64,000 bases of DNA from Candidatus Pacearchaeota archaeon (lineage in GTDB: Archaea; Nanobdellota; Nanobdellia; Pacearchaeales; GW2011-AR1), in NCBI GenBank assembly GCA_018303995.1, contig JAGVXB010000013.1:27490-91489 (forward strand). Direction: 5' to 3'. Below the pieces are notes generated by a model. That model was not told the origin of the DNA. It saw only the letters and a list, made by a program, of their open reading frames with translations, and ran no database searches. The stretch's first letter is position 1. Each line of letters starts with the position of its first letter. The translations under genes and the position numbers were made by a program. Positions 10,708 to 19,883 of this stretch are shown piece by piece.

Positions 10708-10823
10708 ATTATTATTATCAAAAAAACAATGTGCCACCTCGCACTAAACAGGCCGTAGTTTGTGAAGACACTTTGACATAATCAAGTAGTAATCTTTAAG
10801 TATAATCTAAACTAATCTGATTA

Positions 10824-11081
10824 ATGAAAAAAAGAAGTAGAAAGATAAAACTAGAAGAAGAAACAACTCTTCTAGCCAACGAAAGAACATTCCTTTCATA
10901 CATAAGAACAACACTCTCTGCTCTAATTCTAGGATTTGCACTAATTCAGTTATCAAAAGACAATAATTCTTTATTAAACATAGGAATAGCAACAATAATT
11001 GGTGGAATTATTCTAGGAATAATTGGATTCATAGAATATAGAATCCATAAAAAGCGCATAAAACAAGAAGCCGAAGATTAA
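10824..11081 (+). CDS. DUF202 (YidH-like) membrane protein
   Basis: LANERTFLSYIRT motif and two TM helices. Confidence 0.88.
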   Translation: MKKRSRKIKLEEETTLLANERTFLSYIRTTLSALILGFALIQLSKDNNSLLNIGIATIIGGIILGIIGFIEYRIHKKRIKQEAED

Positions 11082-11684
11082 TCACTTAATCTTTAGAATT
11101 ACAGATTCAAGTTCATCAAAACCAGATATAATCGCAATAGGTTTCCCTTTCTCAAGTCTTGCTCGTTCATGGAATCCAAAATCGACTGCAATAGTGCGTA
11201 TTCCAGCCTTATGAGCCTCTAAAATATCTCCTAACGTATCTGTAACAAAAATAATCTCATTAGCTTTCAAACAATAATTTTCTAAGAGCATATTAAATTT
11301 AATGTTTTTCTTTATTTGAGTATCTGACCCAAATAACGCAGTAAATAAATCAAAAACTCCTTCCCTCAAAAGAAACTCTTTCAAAAAATTATCTCTTCTT
11401 GCAGTTACAATAAAAAGAAGATATCTCGTCTTTAATTTTTTAAGCATATCAATAATTTTTGAATCTATATGTTGTTGCATCAAATATTTCTGCATTTCCA
11501 TAGAGACATCCAAATTTTCATCATTTATAGGCAATTCATTTCTACGTTCAAGAACATTTGCTTCAAAAAGCCAACGATGCTTTTCTCGGCTTAGATTTTT
11601 GTATTTTTGAGCATATGTTTGATAATGGTATTCATAAGTATCCACAAAAACCCCTCCAAAGTCAAAAGCAATTGCCTTAATCAT
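11082..11684 (-). CDS. HAD-superfamily hydrolase
   Basis: FDFGGVFVD motif I; FVTDTLGDI motif IV. Confidence 0.85.
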   Translation of the reverse strand: MIKAIAFDFGGVFVDTYEYHYQTYAQKYKNLSREKHRWLFEANVLERRNELPINDENLDVSMEMQKYLMQQHIDSKIIDMLKKLKTRYLLFIVTARRDNFLKEFLLREGVFDLFTALFGSDTQIKKNIKFNMLLENYCLKANEIIFVTDTLGDILEAHKAGIRTIAVDFGFHERARLEKGKPIAIISGFDELESVILKIK

Positions 11685-11718
11685 AAAAAAATAGACTCAC
11701 ACTCATTTATAATATTAA

Positions 11719-12111
11719 TCACCAGACTTCTAATTTAACATCAATATTCTCAAAATGTTTTTTATTTCGAGTCACAACAGTCAAATCGTAAGCTTTTGCT
11801 ATAGACGCTATCATTAAATCAAGTTCCTCTGTTTGTTTCCCTAATTTATTGAGCTTTGCATATTCTTTGCCAAAAAATACACAAGCATCCGTATTAAACT
11901 CTAAAACCTCAACAATATTCAAAAGATGATCTATTTCCTGCAGACTCTTTTCAGATAAAGCAGATAAAAAAGCCCCCTTATACAATTCACATAAAGTTAT
12001 ATAATTGATAAATAGTTCGCCTCTAGAGTTAAGTTCTGTGAATTTACTCTTTAAAAGTTCATCTCCTCGAAAAAGTGCAACCACAATACTAGTATCTAAA
12101 CAGTAACTCAT
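11719..12111 (-). CDS. vapC: VapC PIN-domain toxin
   Basis: LDTS...EL...DLMIASIA...VTRNKKHF. Confidence 0.92.
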   Translation of the reverse strand: MSYCLDTSIVVALFRGDELLKSKFTELNSRGELFINYITLCELYKGAFLSALSEKSLQEIDHLLNIVEVLEFNTDACVFFGKEYAKLNKLGKQTEELDLMIASIAKAYDLTVVTRNKKHFENIDVKLEVW

Positions 12112-12335
12112 ATTTTATAAGTCCTTAACTTGAATTTTCTCCTATCTTCATATATTTTCTTCTCTATCTCTTTCCATTCCCCAGCATTTTCTTTAAACAC
12201 CCCAAAAAGTTCCATAATATCTCTTTTCCTTTTCAAAGGAACAAACTCAATTATAACTTCTGAAAAAGACTTGTTTTCTTTAACAGACTTAAGTCTTTTA
12301 TACGCTTCTTCAGATAATGATATAACTTTAACCAT
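12108..12335 (-). CDS. vapB: VapB-family antitoxin (start corrected to MVKVISLSEEAY)
   Basis: Archaeal antitoxin pattern KxISLSEEAYxRLKxxKxxxSFSEVI; ATGA overlap with vapC. Confidence 0.85.
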   Translation of the reverse strand: MVKVISLSEEAYKRLKSVKENKSFSEVIIEFVPLKRKRDIMELFGVFKENAGEWKEIEKKIYEDRRKFKLRTYKI

Positions 12336-12362
12336 GTATGCATATGCATATACGCATATATA
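12334..12362. promoter_or_regulatory. Candidate VapB operator (atgcat/ac-gcat repeats, palindrome atgcatatgcat)
   Basis: Palindromic repeats between the TATA-like element and the vapB start. Confidence 0.5.
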
Positions 12363-12434
12363 AAGTTTTCTATTAATCAAAAACCCTTCAAATAACACAA
12401 CAATCCCTATAAACAAAGACCCATTTAAGAAATA

Positions 12435-13604
12435 ATGTCTATTTGCAAAACCTGTGATGAAGAAGATTGTGACAAGCACACATTTTTCATAGGCAAGCCA
12501 GTAAAAATACAAAATTTCAGCGGTTCGACACCTCCAGAAATATTCATAGGAAAATGGAACTATCCTAATGTTTACACTGGAATTCTAGCACCTCCAGAAA
12601 CCGGAGACACAAGTATAATGTCTTCCCCAGAGTCATGGCATAAAAATAAATTATCCATCTCTGAAATAGCAAATTACCGAAATCAATTAATTTACGGCAG
12701 AACAATGTCTAATATAAAGAAATTAGAAACACGTTTTTTAGGCGTAATGAAAGAAGTAGCAATGACTCACAAATCAATTGCAACCGAATTCTTCCTAAAA
12801 AAACCGGTAACAGCAAACAAAGAACAAGATGACAGAAGCCCTCTAATTCCAAAAGCAGCAGAAATAGAAAAAGCAGAATTACAAGAAAATGCTCCAGTAA
12901 AACCTAAAGTAGATTACTTAGTAAACGACAAAGAAACAAAATCAGCAACAGCAATTCAGGAGTTACACAAAGCAAATACTCAGACTTCAACAATAATCAA
13001 AATCCTTTCAGCAGGCCTATTAGGTATGAAAAAGAATAGAAAACTAGTCCCTACAAGATGGGCAATAACTGCTGTAGACGATACAATATCAAAAAACAAA
13101 TTAGAAAAAATAAAACAATATCAAGAAATATCTGAATATTTAGTTTTCAATGCAGAATATCTTGGAAATCATTATGAATTCCTCTTAATTCCAGATTCAT
13201 TCGCATTTGAAGTAATTGAAATCAGTATAAAAAATCCATATAATCAATCCGTATGGCAAGACTATGAAACAATATTCAAAAGAAAAAAATACGCCGACAA
13301 TGTAACAGGAGCCTATTACGTCAACAGGCTGGCGTTAACAGAATATCTAGAATCAATAAAGCGTCAAGCAACATGTCTAGTATTCAGAGAAATTCGTCCA
13401 CAATATTACACACCTTGCGGAGTAGGTATATTAAGAGAAACAAGCAGAGAAGCTTTCAGAAACCAACCAGAAAATTTTAACACATTGCAAGAAGCCCTCA
13501 ACAGCATTCAAACAAGAATCAAACAACCAGTCTCAAACTACACGGACAAATCAGTAATTCTTAAAATGAAAAAATCACAGAGCAAATTATCCAATTTCTT
13601 ATAA
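12435..13604 (+). CDS. nreA: Nre-family archaeal DNA repair protein
   Basis: GSTPPEIFIGKWNYP, KLVPTRWAITAVD, GAYY, and C-terminal PIP box QSKLSNFL. Confidence 0.88.
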   Translation: MSICKTCDEEDCDKHTFFIGKPVKIQNFSGSTPPEIFIGKWNYPNVYTGILAPPETGDTSIMSSPESWHKNKLSISEIANYRNQLIYGRTMSNIKKLETRFLGVMKEVAMTHKSIATEFFLKKPVTANKEQDDRSPLIPKAAEIEKAELQENAPVKPKVDYLVNDKETKSATAIQELHKANTQTSTIIKILSAGLLGMKKNRKLVPTRWAITAVDDTISKNKLEKIKQYQEISEYLVFNAEYLGNHYEFLLIPDSFAFEVIEISIKNPYNQSVWQDYETIFKRKKYADNVTGAYYVNRLALTEYLESIKRQATCLVFREIRPQYYTPCGVGILRETSREAFRNQPENFNTLQEALNSIQTRIKQPVSNYTDKSVILKMKKSQSKLSNFL

Positions 13605-13606
13605 AT

Positions 13607-13872
13607 TTAAACACTCTGCTCAACTAACACATTATTACAAGAGACCATTCTAATCAGATTACTAGCTTTATCAGTAGGATAATAAACAAAGCGACGTGAA
13701 TCATCAGCTCCCTTTGTAAGAAATCCAGCACCCACAAGTATATCGCAATAATAATGAATACCATTTAAGAATCAAATCGAGAATCAGTAGTAATCATATG
13801 CCTAGCTTCAGCTGAAGCTTCAGCCGGAACTTCCTTCAAAAAATACTCTCGCAGTTCATTCAAAGTAGCCAT
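13607..13872 (-). pseudogene. Frameshifted wHTH-like paralog of 13940..14248
   Basis: MATLNELREYFLKEV...DSRFDS* then, in a shifted frame, YCDILVGAGFLTKGADDSRRFVYYPTDKASNL; both ends align with the neighbour. Confidence 0.55.
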
Positions 13873-13939
13873 AAGATATCTGAAAAATGACATTTTATAA
13901 ATTTATCACTTTCGAAAAACCATCAAACAACCTAATCCG

Positions 13940-14248
13940 TCAATCCATCAAATCAATTGCTTTCTTTGTTAAAACGTAATGTGTCGACATCCCATCAACT
14001 CTCTTTTCAATTAGTCCTACAATCTCCAATAAATCAACAGCAACTAAATCTTGAGGTGTAAAATAAATTCCCTCGCCTTCTTTCCTATTTGTTAAAGCTC
14101 TATCTAAAAAACCAATCATGTAACTTCTAAAATTATTAACTGCAGAGTCATCTTCATTTAATCTATGACTTAACTCATTTGAAAAACAATTCAAAACTTC
14201 TCCTTTAAAATAATTTTCAAGTCTTTTATAACTACTCATAAAAATCAT
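13940..14248 (-). CDS. Small hypothetical protein, C-terminal wHTH-like
   Basis: DLLEIVGLIEKRVDG...YVLTKKA wing pattern. Confidence 0.6.
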   Translation of the reverse strand: MIFMSSYKRLENYFKGEVLNCFSNELSHRLNEDDSAVNNFRSYMIGFLDRALTNRKEGEGIYFTPQDLVAVDLLEIVGLIEKRVDGMSTHYVLTKKAIDLMD

Positions 14249-14284
14249 TGAAAACCGAAGCTTATAATATTAATTACAGCAGAA

Positions 14285-14701
14285 CTACTTCTTACTCCAA
14301 GCAGCAATACCCAAAAGAATAAGATTAACAATTGGAATTAACATAAGTATCGACCACCATCCAGGTCTGCCTATAGATTCAAACATTTTCCATCTCCAAA
14401 CAACTGTAAAAACAGTAAACACAATCCCGACAACAGATCCAACAAAAGGAATCATGAATCCAATAAGTAAAAGCCATGGCCACCAATGCATCTCAGATGT
14501 CTGATAAGCTATAATTGAAGGCCCTACAAAAGGAATCCAAGCAAGTCCTGGAGAACTCAAACGAGCCTTCTTAGCAATTGCATAGTAAGCGAAAGAAAGA
14601 TACACATACAAAGCAAAAACAATAACTAAAAATATAAAAATAAAATCAAAAATATTTTCTGCAAGAGAGAAAATTTGTAAAAACAAACCTGTAAAGCTCA
14701 T
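14285..14701 (-). CDS. DUF5684-like membrane protein
   Basis: AWIPF...GRPGWWSILMLIPIVNL pattern. Confidence 0.75.
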   Translation of the reverse strand: MSFTGLFLQIFSLAENIFDFIFIFLVIVFALYVYLSFAYYAIAKKARLSSPGLAWIPFVGPSIIAYQTSEMHWWPWLLLIGFMIPFVGSVVGIVFTVFTVVWRWKMFESIGRPGWWSILMLIPIVNLILLGIAAWSKK

Positions 14702-15273
14702 TACGCATTCTCCTTCTTTAATCTCTTCAAAACTTCCTTAACATTCTTATTCAACTGAACCATCGAATCATCAAGCTCAGCCCTATTCTTAGTCCCAGTA
14801 CATACAAGCTTCCCATTCGAGAAAAGCAAGAATGTAGCATTAGGAGTCCCTAACTTATACACAAGCCCTGGAAACTGCTCGGGCTCATATTCGGTATTCT
14901 GCAATTCCAAAGCTAAAATATTCAAATTCAAATCAATATCAATACTTCCAGAAGCAACAATATTCTGCACAGTTATTTTAGGCTTAGCAGTAACTCTAAC
15001 ACCTATTTTAGCAAGCTGTTTTATAACCTGTTCAACAACTTCTTTAACTTGCGCAATACTCTTAGTCCCAGTACAAACCAAATTTCCAGAAGAAAAAACA
15101 AGAACTGCAGACTTAGGTTTCTTCACACGTAAAACAAGCCCAGGAAACTGTTCAGGATTATATTCAGTATTGCTCTGCATCTTCGCCAACTTTGTCAACG
15201 AAACCTCTTTTCCAAGAGAAGCGGTAGCAACAATATTCTGAACAACTAAATTAGATTTGACGTCAGACATCAC
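14701..15273 (-). CDS. tbp: TATA-box binding protein
   Basis: Two repeats NIVA...EYxPEQFPGLV...FSxGxLVCTG. Confidence 0.98.
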   Translation of the reverse strand: MMSDVKSNLVVQNIVATASLGKEVSLTKLAKMQSNTEYNPEQFPGLVLRVKKPKSAVLVFSSGNLVCTGTKSIAQVKEVVEQVIKQLAKIGVRVTAKPKITVQNIVASGSIDIDLNLNILALELQNTEYEPEQFPGLVYKLGTPNATFLLFSNGKLVCTGTKNRAELDDSMVQLNKNVKEVLKRLKKENA

Positions 15274-15319
15274 TATTTAAATAGAAACTTGCTTTATAAA
15301 CCTTAGTTTTAAGTAAAAA

Positions 15320-17032
15320 TCACGATTTCCTCTTCACAGCCTTCCTCGTCGTCTTCAAAACTTCAGCTTTAATGTCGCTAAGCGAAGCTATATCATGTAT
15401 TCCTCTTTCTGGCCTATAATGTGAAATTCTAGGAAAACGTAAAGCGAAACCAGAAGAATAAGAAGGACTCGACTGAATATTCTGATAAGTCACAGAAACA
15501 ACAACTTTAGGCTTAACAGTAACGCCAGCAGAATTCTCAGAAACAATTAAAGGCTGTAACAAAGCATCAATTTCAGAATAAGTCGTCCCTTCAGAAGCCT
15601 TTTCCTTAAGCCCAGAAGAAACTTTTCCAATTTCCAAAAACTTATCACCATCGCAACAAGCAACAATAAAACTCGTCAAACCTCCAGCGCGCTTTCCCGT
15701 CCCGTATTCAGCGCCAACAATAACCAAATCCAAATCAGCAACATTAGGCTTAAGCTTTGCCATAATTCCAACATAACGACCAGAAACATAAGCTGATTGT
15801 AAATTCTTTATCATTATCCCTTCTTCGCCTATTTTCAAAGCATCATGATAAAATTTCTCAACTTCGTCAACAGAATCAGTAACTATCTGTTTAGAAAGTG
15901 AAATCTTCCAAGGAACTTCGTCAATAATCTTTTCAATTATCTTTCTTCGTTCAATAAATGGAATCTCAACCTTATTTTCGCCGTTAACATAAAGCACATC
16001 AAAAATCTTTAATTCTACGGGCAATTTAACAATTAATTCATCAATGTTATATTTACGTTTAATCCTCTGACTTATAGCTTCAAATGGCAGATATTTATTT
16101 TTCTTAGAATCAAACCCAACTACTTCGGCATCTAATACAAAACTCTTAGCCTTAATATGTTTAGAAACAACAGAAACAATATCTGGAAACTGCCGAGTTA
16201 CGTCCTCAAGTCTCCTAGTAAATAAATGAATCTTCTTACCATCAGAACTTATTATTACTCTAAACCCATCATATTTATGTTCAAATGCTGCAGGCTTTCC
16301 ACAAACATCAAACGCTTCATCAATATCATAAACCTTAGTTGCAAGCATTACATTCAAAGGTCTTCCTGGAATAAGTGAGACATGTTCAAAAGCATCCTTA
16401 CCAGAAAAAGCAAATTTCAAAACCTGAGCAAAATCAGTAACCAAATCATAAGTTCTCTGAATCTTATCTAACATATCTTTATCATTTAAAAAGAAAGCCT
16501 CTGCAATGGCTCCAAGAAGAACAGCATCAGCCACTCCAATGCGTAAATCTCCAAGAAGAGTTCTAACAATATAACACGCCTCTCTAGCATCAGCCTCAAT
16601 AAGCAATTCTGAAATTACTCCTAGCTTTTTATCAACTGCCCCATCTCCAGAAACAGAAGCTATTTTTTGCAAACTAGAAAAAACATGTTCAACAGTCAGT
16701 TTCTTAGAAAAAAGAGAATTTTGCTTCCCATGCCTAAGCAATTCAACAGCAACATCTCCCAAATCCCCTAATTTCTTAAATCTCAAAATAACTTCATCAT
16801 TAGAAAAACCAGAAGCGCGAGATATTGCCTTAATCACCAATTGCGTGGATATCCCAAATTCGCGAGAATCATATTCGGCAAAAACACGTCCGCGAAGTAA
16901 ATAAGCATATTCCTCGCAACCCTTCAGCTTAGGCAAAAACGCAGCAATGATGGAAGTCTTATCAATTCTCCCACTAGTATCTGCAAGTTCCTCATAAACG
17001 GCAACAATCTCGGAATATAACATATTAATCAA
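15320..17032 (-). CDS. lig: ATP-dependent DNA ligase
   Basis: EHKYDGFR motif I, EGIMIK, DLDLVIVGAEYGTGKR, ALRFPR. Confidence 0.97.
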   Translation of the reverse strand: MINMLYSEIVAVYEELADTSGRIDKTSIIAAFLPKLKGCEEYAYLLRGRVFAEYDSREFGISTQLVIKAISRASGFSNDEVILRFKKLGDLGDVAVELLRHGKQNSLFSKKLTVEHVFSSLQKIASVSGDGAVDKKLGVISELLIEADAREACYIVRTLLGDLRIGVADAVLLGAIAEAFFLNDKDMLDKIQRTYDLVTDFAQVLKFAFSGKDAFEHVSLIPGRPLNVMLATKVYDIDEAFDVCGKPAAFEHKYDGFRVIISSDGKKIHLFTRRLEDVTRQFPDIVSVVSKHIKAKSFVLDAEVVGFDSKKNKYLPFEAISQRIKRKYNIDELIVKLPVELKIFDVLYVNGENKVEIPFIERRKIIEKIIDEVPWKISLSKQIVTDSVDEVEKFYHDALKIGEEGIMIKNLQSAYVSGRYVGIMAKLKPNVADLDLVIVGAEYGTGKRAGGLTSFIVACCDGDKFLEIGKVSSGLKEKASEGTTYSEIDALLQPLIVSENSAGVTVKPKVVVSVTYQNIQSSPSYSSGFALRFPRISHYRPERGIHDIASLSDIKAEVLKTTRKAVKRKS

Positions 17033-17061
17033 AAAGTCTTTTGCAACTTAAATCTTTTGGT

Positions 17062-17799
17062 TCACAACCATCCCTTCTTTCTAACTCCGCCGTCATAAAT
17101 CTGAAAAGTCAAGGACTTTTCAGGCAAACTTCTATGCTTGCGTAAAAAAGCCGTCCTACGCCCAGATTCATTTTCCATCTCAATTAAACACTTACTCCAA
17201 TATTTTACTATATCTCCAGCAACCATCTTCTTCTCGTTATTCCAATTATATACTTGATTCGTAACTAAAACTGGAATATCTTGCTTACGAGCAATTTCAA
17301 CAAGCAACCTCATCTGTCTAGTAAGCTCAGCATTAACAGATTGCATATTCTCAACGCCTTTATCACTATCAGATTCCCTAGCATCTGCAAAATCAAGACG
17401 ATAAAGCATAGTCATCCCATCAACAACAATTAATGAAACTTGCTCTTTAACATGTTTCAAAAGTTGATCAAAAGCCTGCTGTTGTTCTTTAAAATTCGTA
17501 GGCTTCAAAATAATAATATTTGCAAGAACCTTATCCAAAGTAAGATTCTTATCAGTTCCATTTGTAGCATTAGAAGAAAAAAGTTGCTTAACTCTTTCCG
17601 AAGAAAACCCTCCTTCAGTATCTATAAAAATAACTTTATTTCCTTTCTTAGCCTGAGAAACCGCAGCAATCATGCAAAGATTAGTCTTACCAGAGCCAGG
17701 CCCACCATAAAACGTAGTAATAATCCCACAGTCATAGCCTCCCTTAAGCCAAACATTCAAATCGTAACATCCTGCAGAAACCTTATCCATAAAAAACAA
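17062..17799 (-). CDS. radB: DNA repair protein RadB
   Basis: GGPGSGKT, FIDTEGGFS, KHRS motif. Confidence 0.93.
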   Translation of the reverse strand: MFFMDKVSAGCYDLNVWLKGGYDCGIITTFYGGPGSGKTNLCMIAAVSQAKKGNKVIFIDTEGGFSSERVKQLFSSNATNGTDKNLTLDKVLANIIILKPTNFKEQQQAFDQLLKHVKEQVSLIVVDGMTMLYRLDFADARESDSDKGVENMQSVNAELTRQMRLLVEIARKQDIPVLVTNQVYNWNNEKKMVAGDIVKYWSKCLIEMENESGRRTAFLRKHRSLPEKSLTFQIYDGGVRKKGWL

Positions 17800-17886
17800 A
17801 AAATAAAGAAGTATAAAAGATTTCTCGTGCTCAAAACAGCACTTCTCAAATAAAAAGAATAAAAAACAAATTAAATAAAAATACCT

Positions 17887-18087
17887 TTATCTACGCCCTT
17901 TCTTGGAAGACTTAGGCATCATCTTAGGCTCTTCACACATCTGACACTTCTTACACATTAAAGCATGTAGAAGCAACAAAAGTGCAGCAATGATAACTAC
18001 CCATTTTGAAGAAGCCTTAGCCATATATGTAAACAAAATTATTATTATAGCAAGAACTGCTTCAACCCAATTGCATTTGCAACTCAT
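17887..18087 (-). CDS. Small two-TM membrane protein with Cys pairs
   Basis: Preceded by a GGAGG SD; two hydrophobic helices. Confidence 0.7.
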   Translation of the reverse strand: MSCKCNWVEAVLAIIIILFTYMAKASSKWVVIIAALLLLLHALMCKKCQMCEEPKMMPKSSKKGRR

Positions 18088-18132
18088 AAAACCTCCTTAA
18101 AATACATAGTAAAAAATGCTTAATAAACCTGT

Positions 18133-18396
18133 CTATTTATCAAGACCTTTAACAAGGGAATTCAAATCTTTAGAAATAGCAGAAACAGCCTCACTAACAG
18201 CTTTCTTAACACTCTTTCCGGAACTCTCTATCTTGAAAATAACGGGCTTAGTTAAATGATCACGCCTCCAAGCAGCAAACTTAATTCCCTGCTCATTCAA
18301 ATAAACGCGAAGAATTTCAGCAACAGTCAAATTATCTACACGAAGCTCAATCTTATCAGATTCTTGAGATATAATTTCAACATTCATGTTAATCAA
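18133..18396 (-). CDS. rpoL: RNA polymerase subunit Rpo11 (RpoL)
   Basis: TVAEILRVYL...VKFAAW-like/DHLTKP pattern; expected size. Confidence 0.8.
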   Translation of the reverse strand: MINMNVEIISQESDKIELRVDNLTVAEILRVYLNEQGIKFAAWRRDHLTKPVIFKIESSGKSVKKAVSEAVSAISKDLNSLVKGLDK

Positions 18397-18494
18397 CAGA
18401 AATAATGGTTTTTAAAGTCTTCCATTTTTATAAAAATAGAATGAATTAGAGAACATCAGTTTTCTAAGCTTTCTAGAAAGCCTTAATTATAAAA

Positions 18495-19094
18495 TTAGTC
18501 TAATATTTCTATATCATTCCCACTAACGCCGGCAGAATCCTTGAACATCTGTCCTACACTCTTTACAGCAGTATCTTTCTTCGTCTGCTCATTGCGTTTC
18601 TGCAACTCAGCTAAATTAACTTGAGCAATAGAATTTGGATGTTTGCGTAAATTAATCCCAAATATCTGCTCAATTCTCGAGATTAAAACAAAATCATCTT
18701 TAGGCAATTCGCCAAGCTCGATCATCTTCACATCCTCTTCATTAGCCATTATCAGAGTAGCAAGTTTAGCTCGAGTCATATTACTCTTCTTCCTATTCTT
18801 AGAAATCTCCCAATTAAAATTAGGAATCAAATCCTGCAAAGCATTATTTTTCTTCACTCCGAATTTACCATGCTTCCATTCAGAAAAAATAGAACCTTTG
18901 GAAATAGACTCACGCTGTTTAATACTAGAAGCAACAGGCACACTCAGACTTTGTTGAGGCTGATTAACAATCTTTCGCAATATAAATAAATCTTCCATAA
19001 TCGCAACTTTCTCAGGAACTCTGATTATCTCACCATCTTTTATAGCTTCGACATAATTAGCATTATCATACGCCCTCAAATCCAAATAATCCAT
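18495..19094 (-). CDS. Cro/C1-HTH protein, MBF1-like (start corrected to MDYLDLR)
   Basis: ISKNRKKSNMTRAKLA...VKMIELGELP...RIEQIFGINL resembles the archaeal MBF1 HTH; no Zn ribbon. Confidence 0.65.
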   Translation of the reverse strand: MDYLDLRAYDNANYVEAIKDGEIIRVPEKVAIMEDLFILRKIVNQPQQSLSVPVASSIKQRESISKGSIFSEWKHGKFGVKKNNALQDLIPNFNWEISKNRKKSNMTRAKLATLIMANEEDVKMIELGELPKDDFVLISRIEQIFGINLRKHPNSIAQVNLAELQKRNEQTKKDTAVKSVGQMFKDSAGVSGNDIEILD

Positions 19095-19205
19095 AATAAG
19101 AAAGATAAACTCCTCTTTAAATCCTTTATGGTGATAAATAACATCAAAAATCAAGATACTTTTTGATGTCAAAGTGTTTGAGACCACTTTGATCATCCAA
19201 AAGTT

Positions 19206-19883
19206 TCAAATCAAACTCAAAAACTTTTTGATATCTTCCATGGATTGAAAACCTTCTAAAACAATTCTTTCATTAATTATAATAACTGGCAGCCTAGTAA
19301 TATTATGCACTCGTTTTTGAAGCTCCACAGCGCCAAGATTCAAATCCCCAGCCACTGGAAGAAGAATAAGATTGTTTCCCTTCTGCTCCTTCAAATCTCT
19401 CAAAACATTAGAGATTATTTTCTGTTGAGCAACAATTTTTGAGTTAGCAGGATCTCCAGCATATAAATAAGCAAGAGTATCAAAAGAAGCATCACACTTT
19501 TTCTTCAATAAAATAGTATTAAGCCATAACTCGGTTTTAAGTAGACTATAACGCTTCTTCTCTCTTAAAAGTTCATCAGTAATTTGATTGCTTTCTTCAA
19601 ACCTCTCTAATTCCAATCCGGTCAAATAAAGATCATCTGCAAATTGAAAATTTTGTTCTATTGCCATATCACATGAACTACTATCCATAATTTGATAATA
19701 ATAATTTTGCAATTTCAGATCTAAAGCTTGTATTTCATAATTCCTGTAATTTTCAATAATCTTATCATTTCTATTTGATTCTACATACAATCCTAAAGAA
19801 AACCCAATTATCAATACAAGCATTGATATTATCGCAGACTCTAAAAAAATTCTAAATTTGCTGTTCATTATTTTGTATACCAT
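19206..19883 (-). CDS. Membrane-anchored hypothetical protein with C-terminal thioredoxin-like fold
   Basis: N-terminal TM; C-terminal ITRLPVIIINERIVLEGF; overlaps the GT2 stop. Confidence 0.7.
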   Translation of the reverse strand: MVYKIMNSKFRIFLESAIISMLVLIIGFSLGLYVESNRNDKIIENYRNYEIQALDLKLQNYYYQIMDSSSCDMAIEQNFQFADDLYLTGLELERFEESNQITDELLREKKRYSLLKTELWLNTILLKKKCDASFDTLAYLYAGDPANSKIVAQQKIISNVLRDLKEQKGNNLILLPVAGDLNLGAVELQKRVHNITRLPVIIINERIVLEGFQSMEDIKKFLSLI

